Made by a program: the position numbers and the translations under genes. A model generated the notes under the pieces. The model ran no database searches, had not been told where the DNA came from, and saw nothing but the letters and a program-made list of their open reading frames with translations. A stretch of 64,000 nucleotides of DNA from Podarcis cretensis (taxonomy: Eukaryota): positions 78,306,001 through 78,370,000 of the forward strand of contig OX638151.1 of assembly GCA_951804945.1 (NCBI GenBank), in the 5' to 3' direction. Shown piece after piece: positions 24,537 through 38,555 of this stretch (position 1 is its first letter; each line of letters opens with the position of its first letter).

Positions 24537-26839
24537 TATGAGCTTTCACATGTGATGTGAAAGCTACTTCTGGAACCGTGGAAGTTTAGTGCTCATTTTT
24601 GTGTTCTTTGCTTCCAGAAAACAAAAAACAAATCTGCTTGCAAATAATAATTGAAATGAGTGCTAAATTTGTGCTGTATTTCACTACAGGCCCACTAAAG
24701 CTCACTATAGTTCCAGAAGTGACTTTTATATCATGTGGAAGCTCCAACTAACAGCAGGGCTTGTGTGAATGCATGGAAGCAAACAACAGAAAGCAATGGA
24801 GAGAACTTGAGGAGGCGTATATCCCAAGATGGAGATGGGAGAGAAAGAGAGATCAAATACAATGTGGAAAATATCATGAACATGGAATTAACTGCCATGG
24901 GAATGCAGCTTGGGTGTCCCTCCGCCACCCACTTTTCCAGCCTCAGCTGCAAGGCAGGAGAAAGGCAGAGAAATTACTATTTATGGCTTACTGTGTGATC
25001 ACAACTCACCAGCAACAGCTATTAATTGGCAGCTTTCCCTTCAAAATAAAAATGGCAATGTTGGAGCACACTTTGTTTTGAAGTGCGCTTATCAGAAACA
25101 CTGGTACCACCTATTACTGAAGTTGGGGGGGGGGGAGAGCAACAGAGAAGTTTTCAACAACAACAAAAGTTTGGATAGAATATTTGTTCTTCAGGTAAAG
25201 GTTGGGTTCTTTATGTTGTATGCTTCTATTTGTGGCATTTTTTTTTTTTTTTGCATATTAGAAGCTGGAAAATGTTAAAACTATAATCAGAATCATTAGC
25301 ATTTCAAGGGTTTGTATTACATAAAAGACAAAAGAACAGCAGGAATAAAAAACATGTTAAGTGCATGTTTAAGGGCTAAAAAAGAGTTGATATCAGTGAG
25401 TGGAAAAGTGAAATTGAATTGAAATTTTGTTTCATGCAATTGATAGCCACAATTAAACTCAAAATTAAGCACTCTTGAGCCGTTTAATTTGAGAGGCTTA
25501 AAATATGTTTACTTCTGAGTTGGGTTGTTGTCATTTCTGTGGAAAGACTGAAGAAAATAAAATTTATTTTGGAATAGTTTCTAAGCAAGTATTTTTAAAG
25601 CAGTATTAGTTTTCCTGCCTGCTGACCAGCTTGGGGGGGAAATGATTAAAATCTATATTTTTATTTGATTGTGGGTTTCATTTTTTTTATTGTATTGAGA
25701 TAAGTAACATGGGAAAGTGCCTGTAAATGCAGCACTGAGAACATTTTTTTTTCATATTCCCAAGGAAATTATAGGTATCTCAGATAATATTGTAATTGTT
25801 TCAGTTTCATTACTAATTGTTTCACCAATTTGGTCTCTCTGCTGCTTGTATAAGATAGCTATTGAAATATTATTCTGACTGGCTGGTTTGGGGTTTTTTG
25901 TGTTTTTTGTTTTGCTAAATTAATTCATCTTTCTCTTTTGACTGAATTTATTGTGAAGTACTTAGTGTGCAGATCAGAATAAATGGTGTGCCTCTGTTCC
26001 CTAGCCCCTCTTACATGTTTTTAGAAACACTTAATAAAGCCAAATTGTGGTGCAGAATTGTGATTACAGAATGGTTTGAACTTAATTGCTGTTACATAAT
26101 GCCTTTTTATTAGTTGCTGGTTTGTGTTTTATACACACACACACACGCTCCTTCAAAGAGAGTTTGTGAAGCAGAATATGGAAATAGCCAAGATAGCTTA
26201 AGGATTCCTTTGAAGAAAAAGCCAGTGGTGAAGTACTTGCAAAAGTTAGATGTAATGGCTGTTGTAGTTTGCACACAGCCTATAAAATCATTATTACTAA
26301 TATATTCTTTAAAAAAATTAAGGGGGTAGGCAATTTTATTTTGTTAAAGATGATGAGAAAACTCAAACAACTCCATTTTTTTATTATTGTTAGGTCATAT
26401 CCTAACAATGAGAGAGGCCTGGAAATGAGGTCTCTAGAGTGATGCTCGACACAGCCCTCTCTCCCTATGCAAAGAGCCTGTCCAAGACTCTTATATCCAT
26501 TGGTAATACCTTTTCTACCCCTGGGTGATTTGGTGGGTATGAGAGAAGAAAATGAAATATTGAACTAAGGCTGTCTTTTTTTAAAAAATTAAAAAGTCAG
26601 ATGCTTTGTGAGAAAATTAGGTATGTGTTGAATTGAAGTAGGGACCCCTGAAGTATTTCAGGACACCTTGGCAATTCAGGCATTTTATTTAATGCAGAAT
26701 ACAAGTGTATTCTGAAAGCAAAGAGAATATCTCTAAGCTGGTCATAACACTACTGGACAAGGGTGGGTTGATGGCAGAAGGGCAAGCAAACACCAGAGAG
26801 GGAAGACCTCTTCTGTGACTCACAGGTCAATCCTGTAAT

Positions 26840-27163
26840 CAAGGCCAGCTCTCCCATGAGGCAAAGTGAGAAGACCACCTCAGGCAGCAGGATCCACAGG
26901 GATGGCAGATCCAACTCCAATGAATGTATCACTTGCTGTTGCCGCCATCACTGCAGTGTCAGCAATGGCTGTGATGTGCTCATTGGAGGCTAGATCTGCC
27001 TCCTCCTTAGTAGCCTCACTCCCATACTGTCTCTACAGCGGTCTCTTGGCTGCTGGTCTCCTCCCACCCTTGCTATAAATGTAGTTTTGGGTTCCTGGTG
27101 TAGATCTTCACTCACCCCTTCTTCCCTGGTGGGTGGTTCGCCTCAGGTCTTGGACTGGCCCTG
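26840..27163. mobile_element. Non-autonomous hAT (Tip100-like) MITE
   Basis: Perfect 8-bp TSD CCTGTAAT (26832-26839, 27164-27171); ends CAAGGCCAGC / ACTGGCCCTG; subterminal cctcagg motifs. Confidence 0.75.
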
Positions 27164-29032
27164 CCTGTAATCCAGGGTAGCTGGATATTCAGCCACCCCT
27201 TCAAGAGCCACATGGCAGTGCACCTGTGCATGCACACACAGAATAGTCATACAAACCATACACTCCTACACATAGATTCACTACATCAAACAGAACACAA
27301 GCACATATTTAGCACATACGCAGACATGCAGGCACACATACACTCGCACAAACACACAAGCAGCATTTCAGCAATGCGACTGACAAAGGAAGCATGTTGT
27401 CTGTTCTTTAGCAATCACTCTCTAAAGTGATAAAATCACTTTATCTTCTGATCAGATCAAGAGTGGCTGAAAAGCCACTTCCTGCAGCTTGCTAGATCAG
27501 ATCCAACCAATGGGCTGTGGTTAGCCTCTAAGTAGAATGAATTATTTTACCTGGAAAGTGGATCCCTTAATTCTTCCTTTTCCAAAATCAACCGTAAAGG
27601 TGCCTAATGCAAACACCCCAGAGCTGTTTGCATTTGGCAGGTTTTCCTAGGGGCACCTCTCTCACATTTGCAATTTTCACACTACTTACCCATGATACAC
27701 TAGGAGAGATTTAAGTAGTTCTCATCCTAAAATGGTAATGGCTGCCCTTGCAGGAAAACCACTGCATCTATCATTCTGAGATTTAACAGGATTTATACCC
27801 TCAGAATGTGCATCCTTGCCTTCAAATTTATCTATTCTGCCACTAAATCTAAATTTTATATGTTTCCTTTAAAAAGAAAACAAACTTTTTAAATGGCTCT
27901 ATCAGCCTTTGAGAATCTACTTTACCTGCAAATTTCATCCATTTCTGTCAAAAGGGAAAGGTTATAGCTAATTTTTGATATCCCAATGATAAATGTGGGT
28001 AGGGAGGATGAAACGGACTTGGACACCTAGGGGAAACTGAGGAGCCTCTGAATTGTTCTGGGCCAAATCAGGTGGTTTTACAAAGCATCAAATCTGGATC
28101 TGAACCAAAACTTATGGTTGGTGCATACTTTTACCTAGGTAGCCAGACACTTGCATTCAACCTGTGGTTAACAGTCAGTTTCTTGTGCACTTTCCCAGAG
28201 AGCAAAGGCAACCAAGTTACTTATTAACTAGAAAGAAATGGTGAATCCATCATAGCTTGCAAGTCCACAATAAGACTTAATGCACCTGCTTCCATTAATT
28301 ATTCAAAGAATTTCAAGAGCAGTTTAAAGTTAAGCTTTGCATTGTTTTGTTTTATCTCAAAGGAGGCATTTTAAAACAAAATTTTAATTGCTAATGTGCT
28401 ACAATCATGTTGAGCTTGGCTTGTGTGCTTTTTTCTCAGTATTTGGCCTCAGGCCAACATCTTTTCAAAGATCATCTAAAATGTATTGTCCTGTTTCTAT
28501 TGTTTCCAATGGGGGTAGTTTTTGTGCAGTATCAACCTATGTCTCTGAGTGTGTTACTCAGGCAAGCTCATGTCTCTGATATCCTTAAAATCATAGTAGA
28601 ATGGTAAGGACAATTAGTGTTTCTGCAATGCAAATTATACAATATAATGAATTGTATCTTGGGGGGGGATATTTGGAGGTATATTTGTATGTTCCTTTTC
28701 TGTGTTGGGAAGAAAACAAATTTATATTTACTATGGGGTTTTTGGGGGGTGGGTTTGTGGGCAGGATTCTGCCAAAAGGGAAAGATACAAATGGAACTGA
28801 GAAGTATAAAACATTTCTATCCAGTGTTTAACACTGCATGAATAGCGGGAACAAAAGTCACTTAAACTGATGCAGTTACATTGATTATAGTTAGAAAATA
28901 CCCAAATACAGGGTGATTGAATCTAGCCCACAAAAATGAAGGGAAACTAGCAATCTATCTAGGTATATGTTCATGGCATCCTTTGTGTACACACTACAGT
29001 TTAGTGTGTGTTCAGTGTGCTCCATGTGCTGT

Positions 29033-29075
29033 TTTTGTTTGTTTGTTTGTTTGTTTGTTTGTTTGTTTGTTTGTT
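29033..29075. repeat. (GTTT)n microsatellite
   Basis: Direct reading. Confidence 0.95.
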
Positions 29076-32000
29076 TTAGCACTGTACATACAATGTCAGC
29101 CCTGATTCAGACGTACTGTTTCAATTAGTTAATCTATATTTTTCACAAGCCTCTTTTGATGCAAAAAGGTATCTTAAAACTGAATAAATTTGCACAAATG
29201 AAAGGTGTGAATATTACCTTTCTTGCAGGGATGGTTCCCCACCACAGTGATGTTTCAGTGGGTGTGTACCACAGGAGAGCATCTGCTCTGAGTAAAACTT
29301 GGTTGAATACCACCAAATAATAATGATGTGATCAGTGCAATTAATCGTGATTTTATCATTTCAGTTTCTGGTTGCAAAATTTGAAGGTTTTAAATATCGG
29401 AGATGTAGAAAAACATTATTTATATAGTACAAATCAAGTACATGGCCTCTTACAGAACAAGGTAAGCCCCCCCCCAAAAAAAAGAATACTGTATCTGTGC
29501 ATTTTCCTAATGACCACAATTTATTATTACAGTACTCTGAAGTTGACTATCCTTAATGCAGAAATTTGTATCTTCCCCCTTTGCGCGTGTGAATGTACTG
29601 TGTCTAATAGAAAGTACACAACACTTGGCATTTAACTTTTTATTGACTTGTGCGCACACACACACATGCTTAGGTGCTTCCAAAAGACCAAGTCCTTGCT
29701 GGGAAACAATGACCATGGTGGGGATATGAGACAAATCTGTTTCCAGCTCCTAGGCAGCTGTGTTGAGAGATGCTGTAGCTGAGCTGTAGTCGTACTGCAC
29801 TGGGGCAGAAACTGCTTGCTTGTTTATAAGAGTGATGTAAAAGAACCTAGACATAAATTAGGTCATTGCTTACTTCAAGTGTCAGTTTCTCATGTTGTTA
29901 AGGGAAAAGAGAGAGTGTAACTAATATAGCACTATTACAGCTCATATCATAGGATGCCGTACAGCACTGGTCTTCGACTGGTGGGTCACAGCAGGAGGGC
30001 TATTGCCATGCAAGTATGTGGTAAAAGACTAAGAAATGGGTTCCTAAATACATGTCCTCGTTGAAAGTGGGTTCGAGGTCTGAAAAGGTTGAATATACCT
30101 GCTGTTGACAATGGATAGAAGACCTACATTTCAGGAGGAACATTTCTAACAGGTCGAGGGACAATGTTCACGAACTGAAAGGCGGTTGTTTCATCTACCT
30201 AGTTTGCATGTTCTCCCCTTTGTGGGAGCATTATCAGGCTAAATATGTTATAGAAACATTTGGCACAGCTAAACTGAGATGTAAATTGCTGTGTAGTGCA
30301 AACCTAAGGACTCTACTTACCCTACGGTGAAGCAATCATCAAACTCTTCCATATGGTGCAGTCGATGCTAATATTTGCGCTGGTCTTAGCACATGATTAG
30401 GCCCGCCTGTAAGATTTCTTTGCCACCCAAGGCTTATATGGATTCTAGAAAGGTTTGGAATGTCTCTTTCACATGTGTGTAAAATAGCATGTTGATCCAT
30501 ATCAAGAATAAGTGATACCATAAAGAAAGGTGATATCTTTTTATTGGACAAATTTCTGAAGTTCAAGAGGCTCCCATTAAAAAGAAGAAGAGTCGGCATC
30601 TTTTTGGCCATTATACATTTTACATTTTCCGATGCCTCCTTCAGGACAGATGGCATCACCTTGAACACTTATACTGGTTAATCCAGAGCAGTTTCAGAGC
30701 ACACCATACATTTCCATGGAAATTTATTATCTCGAAAAAGTTGTCCCCAACTTCAGAGGCCGGCCACAGTTAGCCTCTAGCGAATCACCTTTGCCTACTG
30801 ACATTGCTTTAGAAATAGGCTTGCAGCTACATGGTGGCAGATGTGCCCTTGCCTCTTTCTGCAGCAACCAGGCAAAAAAAGAAAAGGTGATTTGTACACA
30901 TAAGCTCAGTGAACATAGGAAACACTTCAAGAACTGAATGGGTCATAGCCCTTTGAGCAATTACTTTAGGGCGGCTCCACATAATTCAATTGGATTCTTC
31001 GGGGCGGGGGGAGGTATTTGGAGGAGCCCATGTATTTTCTAGGTGTCACCAACTTGTGATTGTTCAAGGAAATGTATTTTAATTTAAAGTATTAAAAGTT
31101 GTTTAGATGTCTGCTGGTAGTTTGTCTTCTTTGTGGAAGATTTCGTTAGGTGTTGGCTGCTTAACTGTTTAATAGTTCTTAGCTGAAAGTGCATTCCTGC
31201 CAAGTTCTTGTTATAAAAGCTTTAGGAAAGAGTAGCCAGAAATGATAGCGATCCTGCTTATTAGCAGCATTTCCCCCTACTGTGTCTTAAACAGGAATGA
31301 TTCACTCCATGGAGAAAACTGTACACCACCACTACCAGCAGTAACAACAATGAAAGAGAGAGAGAGAAAGAGAGATAAAGACATGATGTGGTGAGCAAAA
31401 AACCCCACATAATCCAGAACCACCCCAGAGATAATAATAATAATAATGATAATATTATGAGAAAGCTAAAGCCCATTAGGGCTAGTTGAATAGATAGGGG
31501 AGCATGTGGAATTTGGATGCCTTGTGAAGGGAAGGCCGCATTCTTCTATCCGACTATCAAGCAAGTTGTTCCGTAATTAAAGGCAGCTTTGAAGCAACGT
31601 TGTCAGGGGGTGATTTGAAGGGAGGGGAAGAGCATCTCCCCAGTCTTCTTCCTGTAACAAGAAGGAAGAAACACAGGCTGCCTCTGAACCTTCATATGCT
31701 GCCAAAGATTTCCAACAAAGAGCATGTTTGTGAGAGGTTTGCTTTTAAAAAAAGAAAACAAAAACGTGTACCCCATCAAGAGAAAGACAGACATACTGGC
31801 TGGCTAGGTACGCAATCATCAAACCACTTACACCAAAGTATCCCTCTGAAATCCGTGAGCCCATTCCTAGGACGAATGGTATAAGAACAGCAGCAATTAG
31901 GTGCATGTTTAGTCATGTAGATTTGAGCATGTGTCTGTATTGGAAACACTTGTGTGTGTGTGTGTATGTGTGCACACTGATACACACATGCGTTATACTT

Positions 32001-33080
32001 CTATGCTTATACCCAAAATACTGAATGTACTTCATATTGTGTTGTGTAAGCCGTGTTGATAAAAATGTAGAGCGGGATATAATTTATTAATAAAAATAAA
32101 AATAATAAAAATAAATTATTTAAATAATCGCCACCACAAGATGAAAATACTCGGACCAGTATTTTCATCTCTGTTTTACTGATGGTGAGCTGAGTCTGAG
32201 TCACAGCAATTCGCCTAAGACAACTCTGAAGCTGTGTCTTGAACAGAAGGCATCTTTGCTTATAGTTTATGCTCTTATCCATCATGCTGCAGCTGCTAGA
32301 TGAATGTGAATAAGTAACATCCAATATGTGCATAATGTGTACATTACTGGGATAAGATGGGAACTACCCAGAGAAAAAGGCTGAAGTCAGAAAAGGCTTG
32401 GTTCTCCTTAGACCATATATGGTTTACGTAAAGATTCTCTAAAGAAAAAAATGGTACAGGTGAAGAACGTGCCCATTACTTTGAAGGGTGCAGACAGACA
32501 TACACATAGTGTGTGCTATTTGGTTAACTGGGTAGGGTTCCAATCTACTGCTGTCGTACTGTATCTCAGATATAACAGACATTTTTTAAAAAACATTTTT
32601 TTCAAGAGGGCGGACTTAAACACTGGTTTTTTTTTAAAAAAAGTGATTTCTCCTGGCCCCGAGTTTGTGTCTGAGCGTGTTCGTACGCATATGAAGAAGA
32701 CAGCACAGGTGATAAAAGAGCTACATTTTGCCAGTCCTGAAAACAAAGTCAACATTTCTGGGCTCCTTCCTGATTATCAAGACAAGAAGGATAAGCATCA
32801 CAACTTGAAACGGGCGTTTCTGTGCTTAGAAAATCTCTTTCACGCCAATTCTGAATCCTAAATTATCTGGGTAAGATCCCCACCTTTTCATCCTGTGAAC
32901 TCCTCCATTCTTAATGTATTTCTAAACACAGATTGCATAACACAGTTAAGTCATCATCAGTGATATGGAGAACAGGAAAATAGGAGGACACACACACAAT
33001 TTATGTGTGAAGTCTTTTTCAAGAACCTGGAGCTGTTTCTGATGCAAACATTTGTGATCTTTGTTGAATCTGGGAGGCTT

Positions 33081-33174
33081 GCTGTGCAATCCTAGGCATA
33101 TTTACTCTGAAGAAAGTTCCAGTATGTCTAGTGGGGTTTTCTTTAAAGTAAGTGTGCGCAGGATTGCAGCCTTA
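33081..33174. mobile_element. ~90-bp palindromic element (TGCAATCCT...AGGATTGCA); one of the clearest copies of a dispersed family
   Basis: Inverted ends tgcaatcct (33085) / aggattgca (33160); more than 10 degenerate relatives elsewhere in the window. Confidence 0.65.
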
Positions 33175-33746
33175 GATTCTGATTACTACAGCTTTCATTT
33201 GAACTGTACTGAATCTTGATAGAGATTGTAGCAATTTTCAAGGATGGTGGAATTAGAATATCCCTCCAAAGAGAAGTAGTGGAACAAAGCATGCACGATC
33301 CAAGATAAGTGAATATCAGTGCAGGAAATGCCTCATCATGGAAATGAGAGCAAACTTGGATTTAAAAAATAGATTAGACTATAAATATCAACATAGGGAC
33401 ATGCCACTTGAAAATTCTTATTTAAGTTGAAACCTAGACAGCTGCTGTTCATATACTACATCAACCTCCCTAAGGCAACAACTCAGTCTCATATGCCAAA
33501 GGAGCATCAACACATCTCAAAGGCTGCAATATTCTTTTTAAGCTACACCAACTGGAAAGTCACTACAAGAGTTCTTTTGCTGGATGAGGATCAGGGCAGG
33601 ATTTTTGGGAGCTGTAAAATGATAGAAATAGCTGCTGTGGGACAGGCACACACAGCTCCTATTTTGGGGACTTGATTGTTTCAAGGCAGTACTTCAGCTT
33701 CTGCTGATCCCCAGGTATCAACTTTGTGGACAGGTATCATTGCAGA

Positions 33747-34129
33747 AATGCCTGTGGCGCTGTGGTCTAAACCACTGAGCCTTGGGCTTGCAGATCAAAC
33801 GCCGGCGGTTCAAATCCCCGCAACATGGTGAGCTCCCGTTGCTTGGTCCCAGCTCCTGCCAACCTAGCAGTTTGAAAGCATGCCAAAAGTGCAAGTAGAT
33901 TAATAGGTACCACTCTGGCAGGAAGGTGAACAGTGTTTCTGTGCACTACTCTGGTGTCAGAGTTCCGTTGCGCCAGAAGCGGCTTAGTCATGCTGGCCAC
34001 ATGACCTGGAAAAACTGTTTGCGGAAGCGGACAAACGCTGGCTCCCTCGGCCTGTAAAGCGAGATGAGCACCGCAACCCCAGAGTTGTCGGCGACTGGAC
34101 TTAATGGTTGGGGGTCCCTTTACCTTTTT
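33747..34129 (+). mobile_element. Sauria SINE, full-length, with 12-bp TSD
   Basis: A-box tggcgctgtgg, B-box ggttcaaatcc, ccctttaccttt tail; TSD TATCATTGCAGA at 33735-33746 and 34130-34141; different subfamily from the 3789/5589 copies. Confidence 0.92.
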
Positions 34130-35007
34130 TATCATTGCAGAGCAGGTGAGTGAGGTTGTGGTGGCTAGAATACCAGAAGCTGCTTTGTGGAAGTATGCAG
34201 AGGCTGAGAAGAAAGGGAAACACATGCTGGGAAACTGGCTTGAGCTCCGATTCATGCATCAGGAACACTGATTGCGGAATGACCCAACACCAATACTCTT
34301 CCTGACTCCACTGCAGACAGCGGAACAGCAAACTCGCCTATCTACTGTGCACGCTATGTGATATGCAAACTTGGATGAATAGTAACTTCTCCCACTGCTG
34401 GTTTAGAAGATTGGGGCAAACTGCCTAATAGCTAACACAAGGCATAGGAGAATTCCCACACCTGCTTGCACCGCACAGCTTTCTGCGCTTAATGTATGTA
34501 TGATTTCAAGGGTTGGTCTGTCTGACTACCTGAAAAAAAGCTATCTGCAAGTGAGCTCTCTTTAGAAATGGGCACACATCTGCTGTGTATGTTTCTGCCT
34601 TACGTTGTGAGTACATTGTGCTTTCGTAGGACATATCTGCTGTCAGGTTCAGACATAGCTGCCTTGGATAAACTCCAGCATTAAAAAATGGGATATAAAT
34701 TATTTAACTAAACTACAAAATCCCTACATGGAATCAGGATCCATACAGGAAATTGTACAACCCTGATAGGTGAATCATAGCACATGTAGAAATGACTGCA
34801 TGCAGGCATTGTGTGTACAAGCTGAAGCACAACTGACTGCCAGCTGTGGCTTCTTAGGGCACATAGGATCATGCATCATACTTCAGAAATAGGATCTGAA
34901 TTACACTTCTCTGTGGGCATTTGGTGATGTGTAAAATGGTCCCATGAAAGCCTGAACATTACTAATAAAGGCTTTTGCACATTTTCCTATATTGCCTCTT
35001 AAAGTAG

Positions 35008-35141
35008 CTAGTCTGGTTCCCTCCAAATGTTTTAGACTACAACTTCCACCATAGACTACAACTTCCACCATAGTCATGCTGGCAGGGGCTGATTGGAGTT
35101 GTGGTCCAAAACATCTGGAAAGAACCCAGCTGACGAAGGCT
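35008..35141. mobile_element. Short palindromic hAT-like MITE with a 19-bp internal tandem duplication
   Basis: Inverted arms tccaaatgttttagactacaac / gttgtggtccaaaacatctgga; agactacaacttccaccat occurs twice. Confidence 0.7.
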
Positions 35142-35557
35142 TTCTTGAGTCATTAACACATGCAGGAATAAAACAAAGAGCTGTGCTGTGCGATCTTATC
35201 TATCCTTACTCTGATTTATTTTATTTTATTTTTTGTATTTAACAAAATCGATATGCTGCTTGATTGTAGGTGAAAACTCTAAGCGGTCTATAATAAATTA
35301 TTTCAAAACAAGTCTTGTTGTATTAAATGGTCAGCACATGTAGGATTGGAACCTTAACAGCTGTTGGGGAAATTATTGTTTTCTGTTGCAGGCACAAATA
35401 CATTGCACGGCCCACCAGTGTGTGGCAGGGCTCGATGTTGGGACATATTAAGTAAAAAAAAAAAAAAGGGGGGGGGTATAAAAGTGATCCAGAATATGAG
35501 TTGAGGAACATTGCCCACACCACTGAATAACTGCAGACAGTTTCTATATCTACCTTG

Positions 35558-35880
35558 AACAAATGCATAATTAACTTATGGAATCTGCTGCCGCAATATG
35601 TAGTGATGACCTCTGGCTTAGGCAGCTTTCCTATCCAGGATAAGACTGTCAACAGTTTCAACAGCTATTAGTTAGGATAACTAAAGGGAACATTCCTGTT
35701 TAGAGCCAGTATAGCTCTGAATAATACCATTTGCAGGCACCCAGCAACAGTAATAGTTTAGGTTTTGGGGTGGTGAGGGGGGGGGGATGGCAATTCTGGA
35801 AGTATCTGTCTGGTCCATGCTGCAAAGAGGATGCTTGCCTTGCTGAACCCTTGGTCCAATCCAGCACAGGTTTTTCTCTT
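35558..35880 (+). mobile_element. CR1 LINE 3' end (ORF2 end plus 3' UTR), degraded
   Basis: gcataattaacttatggaatctgctgccgcaatatgtagtgatg...; ends cccttggtccaatccagcacagg, typical of reptile CR1 3' ends. Confidence 0.65.
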
Positions 35881-36519
35881 GTTGTTAAGGGGGTGGGGAG
35901 CTTTCAGATTCGAGAGTATTTCTAGATACAAATGAGACCCAGTTTGAAAGAAAGAAGAAGGAAAAGGCACTGCATTGCGAAGGCTTCCACTGGAAGACTT
36001 TTGCCCAGATTCTAACACCCACTGCAGAAAGCTATAGGGATGAAAATCAGAAGAGATCTGTTTTGAAAACGAATATACCTTCCAGCCAATGTCACGATTT
36101 TGAATTACAAATGTGTGGGAATGCAAAGTCGAAAACAAAAAGAAGCTAAGAACTACTACATCTATGAAAGCATTTTGAATCTGGACTTAAAAACAAAACA
36201 AAAGCAACCTTTGACCTTGCTGGCTGTATTTTAAAATTATACCAGATTTATAGGCAATTCAAATGAAACCAAGGGACTGAACCAATATCCTGCCCCGTTG
36301 CAATGTGAACTATGGAGGATGCGTATGGCCTTAAAACAACAACAGAAATCCCTGATCTGTTCCAGATCTGTGGAGAGAAGCAAGAAATAAACAAGAGGAG
36401 GTGATGACGGGAGGGAGACGCTCCCCCTCCCCCCTTCTTCTTTTTTAAAACCACCTCATGTTTCTTCTCCTTTTAACCTTTCTGCTACAGGCTGGCTTCA
36501 GACATGAGCCGGTTTGTCT

Positions 36520-37420
36520 TGAAAAGCGATTATTCAAACCGACATATCCTAATCGGCAAGTTTATTTCCGAACTGGACAAGGCGCGGGAGGTTAGACGCC
36601 TGGATTTTTTAAAAATATATATATATTCTCTCCCCCCGCCCTCTCGCCCGCTGCCTCTGTTTGTTACAGCAAGTTACGCTCGTGTCCGCTGTGGGGCGCC
36701 CGAGTTCCACTCTTTTCTTTCCCTGCAGTTAAGGACGAGAAGAGCGCTCCCAGAACAGATGCTGTAGTGAAGGGAAAGAGGGGAGGGGGGCGTGAATCAA
36801 AAGGATGGGGAGGGGGGTGGGGAGAAAGAGGGCAGGGACGGGGTGGGGGGGGGAAGAGAGGCTTTATTCTCTAATACACTCGCTGGGGAGACTTTGTTAC
36901 AAAACAGATTCATGCGAGAAGGGCAGGCGGGCTGTGTTGTACAATGAACTCCCCAGGGAAGGATAAATCCAGGGGCGCAGAGAATGGTTATGGCAGAGAG
37001 GGGCATTTGGCTGGCTCAAAGCCTCCCACCCGCCCCTTCCTCCCGCCCTCGTCCTTTCCAGGCGCTCTCTCGCTCGCGATTCTGCTGGAGGAATATTTGA
37101 TCTCCTCTGGAAAGTAGCCGCCAGGCGGGCAAGCCACCCCAGCCGAATTCTCCCTTCCCTGCAACCCGGGGCCTCGCCTTGGCCGTCCTCTTCCCCTCGG
37201 CTGGGCTGCAGCGACTTCTACAAGACCATCCCGCCCCCCACTCCTTTTTTCCTGGCGCTGGAAGCCTCTGGATCCCTTTCAGCGCAAACCCTCCCCTCTG
37301 TCTCCCTCCGCTCCCTCTCTTTGTGGGCCCGGTGGGATGAATGGGGAGGGTGGGGGGGGTGGACCAGAAGCTGAGAGCATGTGGCTTGAGCTTCTCAAAC
37401 CGTGGAGGGTCCACCTGGTT
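36520..37420. promoter_or_regulatory. Orphan CpG island downstream of POU3F2
   Basis: Sharp rise in GC and CpG, no credible ORF, G-tract-rich block at 36770-36860. Confidence 0.6.
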
Positions 37421-38517
37421 TTCAAAGCAACCAAGAGCTGCAGAATAAACCCAAAGCAGGCCCGAGCAAGCTTGAAAGGGAGTTCTCAGAGAACTCAAGG
37501 CTCCAGCCGCCTCCACACGCCTTCTCCTCCTCAGCCAAAGCCTCACAAAGGAGCTTAGGCGGGTGGTTTTTCCTGGTGTGCATTAAACACACGCAGGCAC
37601 GCACACACTCACACTCACGGCCGTTTATCCCTCACCTTTAGGTACAATCAGCGAAAGTGGGGGGGTGTCAGTTTTTTATTAGGCTTCCCAGCTGATGGAA
37701 GGGATGGTGAGGGGGGTGGGCACGCTTGTAAGACACATGAGCAACTGGGTGATCTGCAAAAGTCAATCAGGAACTCTCTCCCTTTGCTCCACTGTAGAGA
37801 GGCGATGTATTAAGAGACAGAGAGTTAGCTAAAGTTTGGGTATGAGAAACACATCTACAAGATCGTTGCAAATCCACAGTTTTAAGAACTGTTGGAAGCA
37901 CAAGCGGGCCACGGAGAACATTTTTACTCGCCTAACCGCAAGCGCTTCTTTCAGGCAAGTTCCCCCAAGGTGCAGGTGGATGTAAGAATCAGCCGGATTT
38001 CCCAGGAAAAAGACAGACAAACACAGAAGGAAAGAATGTTTCTGCTGAATGAGAAGTATAAGCTTCGCAACAGTCCTGTTTTAAGAGAACCCTGTATTCG
38101 GCTGGTTAGTTAGACAACAAATTCATGCCTCTTCCGCAAAGACATTTTTCAACGCTGCTCGTTTAAAAAAGAAAAACAGGGAAAGAAGGAATATTTTAAA
38201 TAATGTAAAATCTCTTTCCCAGACTCGGCTGTTGGCTTTTTTTTTTTTCGGGGGGGGGGGAGGCATGGGCAGGGAGAAGTTTCAAACAGAATTAAGAATT
38301 TAATTATAAGTCCCCTATAGATGTAACACGTTTGATGAACCGATATCAGATAATAATCACATTCATTTCAAGCTTATGAAACAGATTTCCAGAAATATAT
38401 ATACTTAAGATAGCTCTTTCTAAAGTGAGCGTTATAATAGCTGAGAGGAGAGGAGAGACCTTGGGGAGGGGAGCAGGTAGGAGAAGCTGCAGATTGTTGG
38501 TCTGGAGGTTGGTTGAA

Positions 38518-38518
<1 letters not shown>

Positions 38519-38554
<36 letters not shown>
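38519..38554. repeat. (TAA)n microsatellite
   Basis: Direct reading. Confidence 0.95.

Positions 38555-38555
<1 letters not shown>

Noticed and set aside
37016-37546. 176-aa - strand ORF and the many other 60-170 aa ORFs in introns and CpG islands
   Set aside because: No recognisable domains, mostly non-ATG starts, often built from microsatellites or TEs; expected by chance
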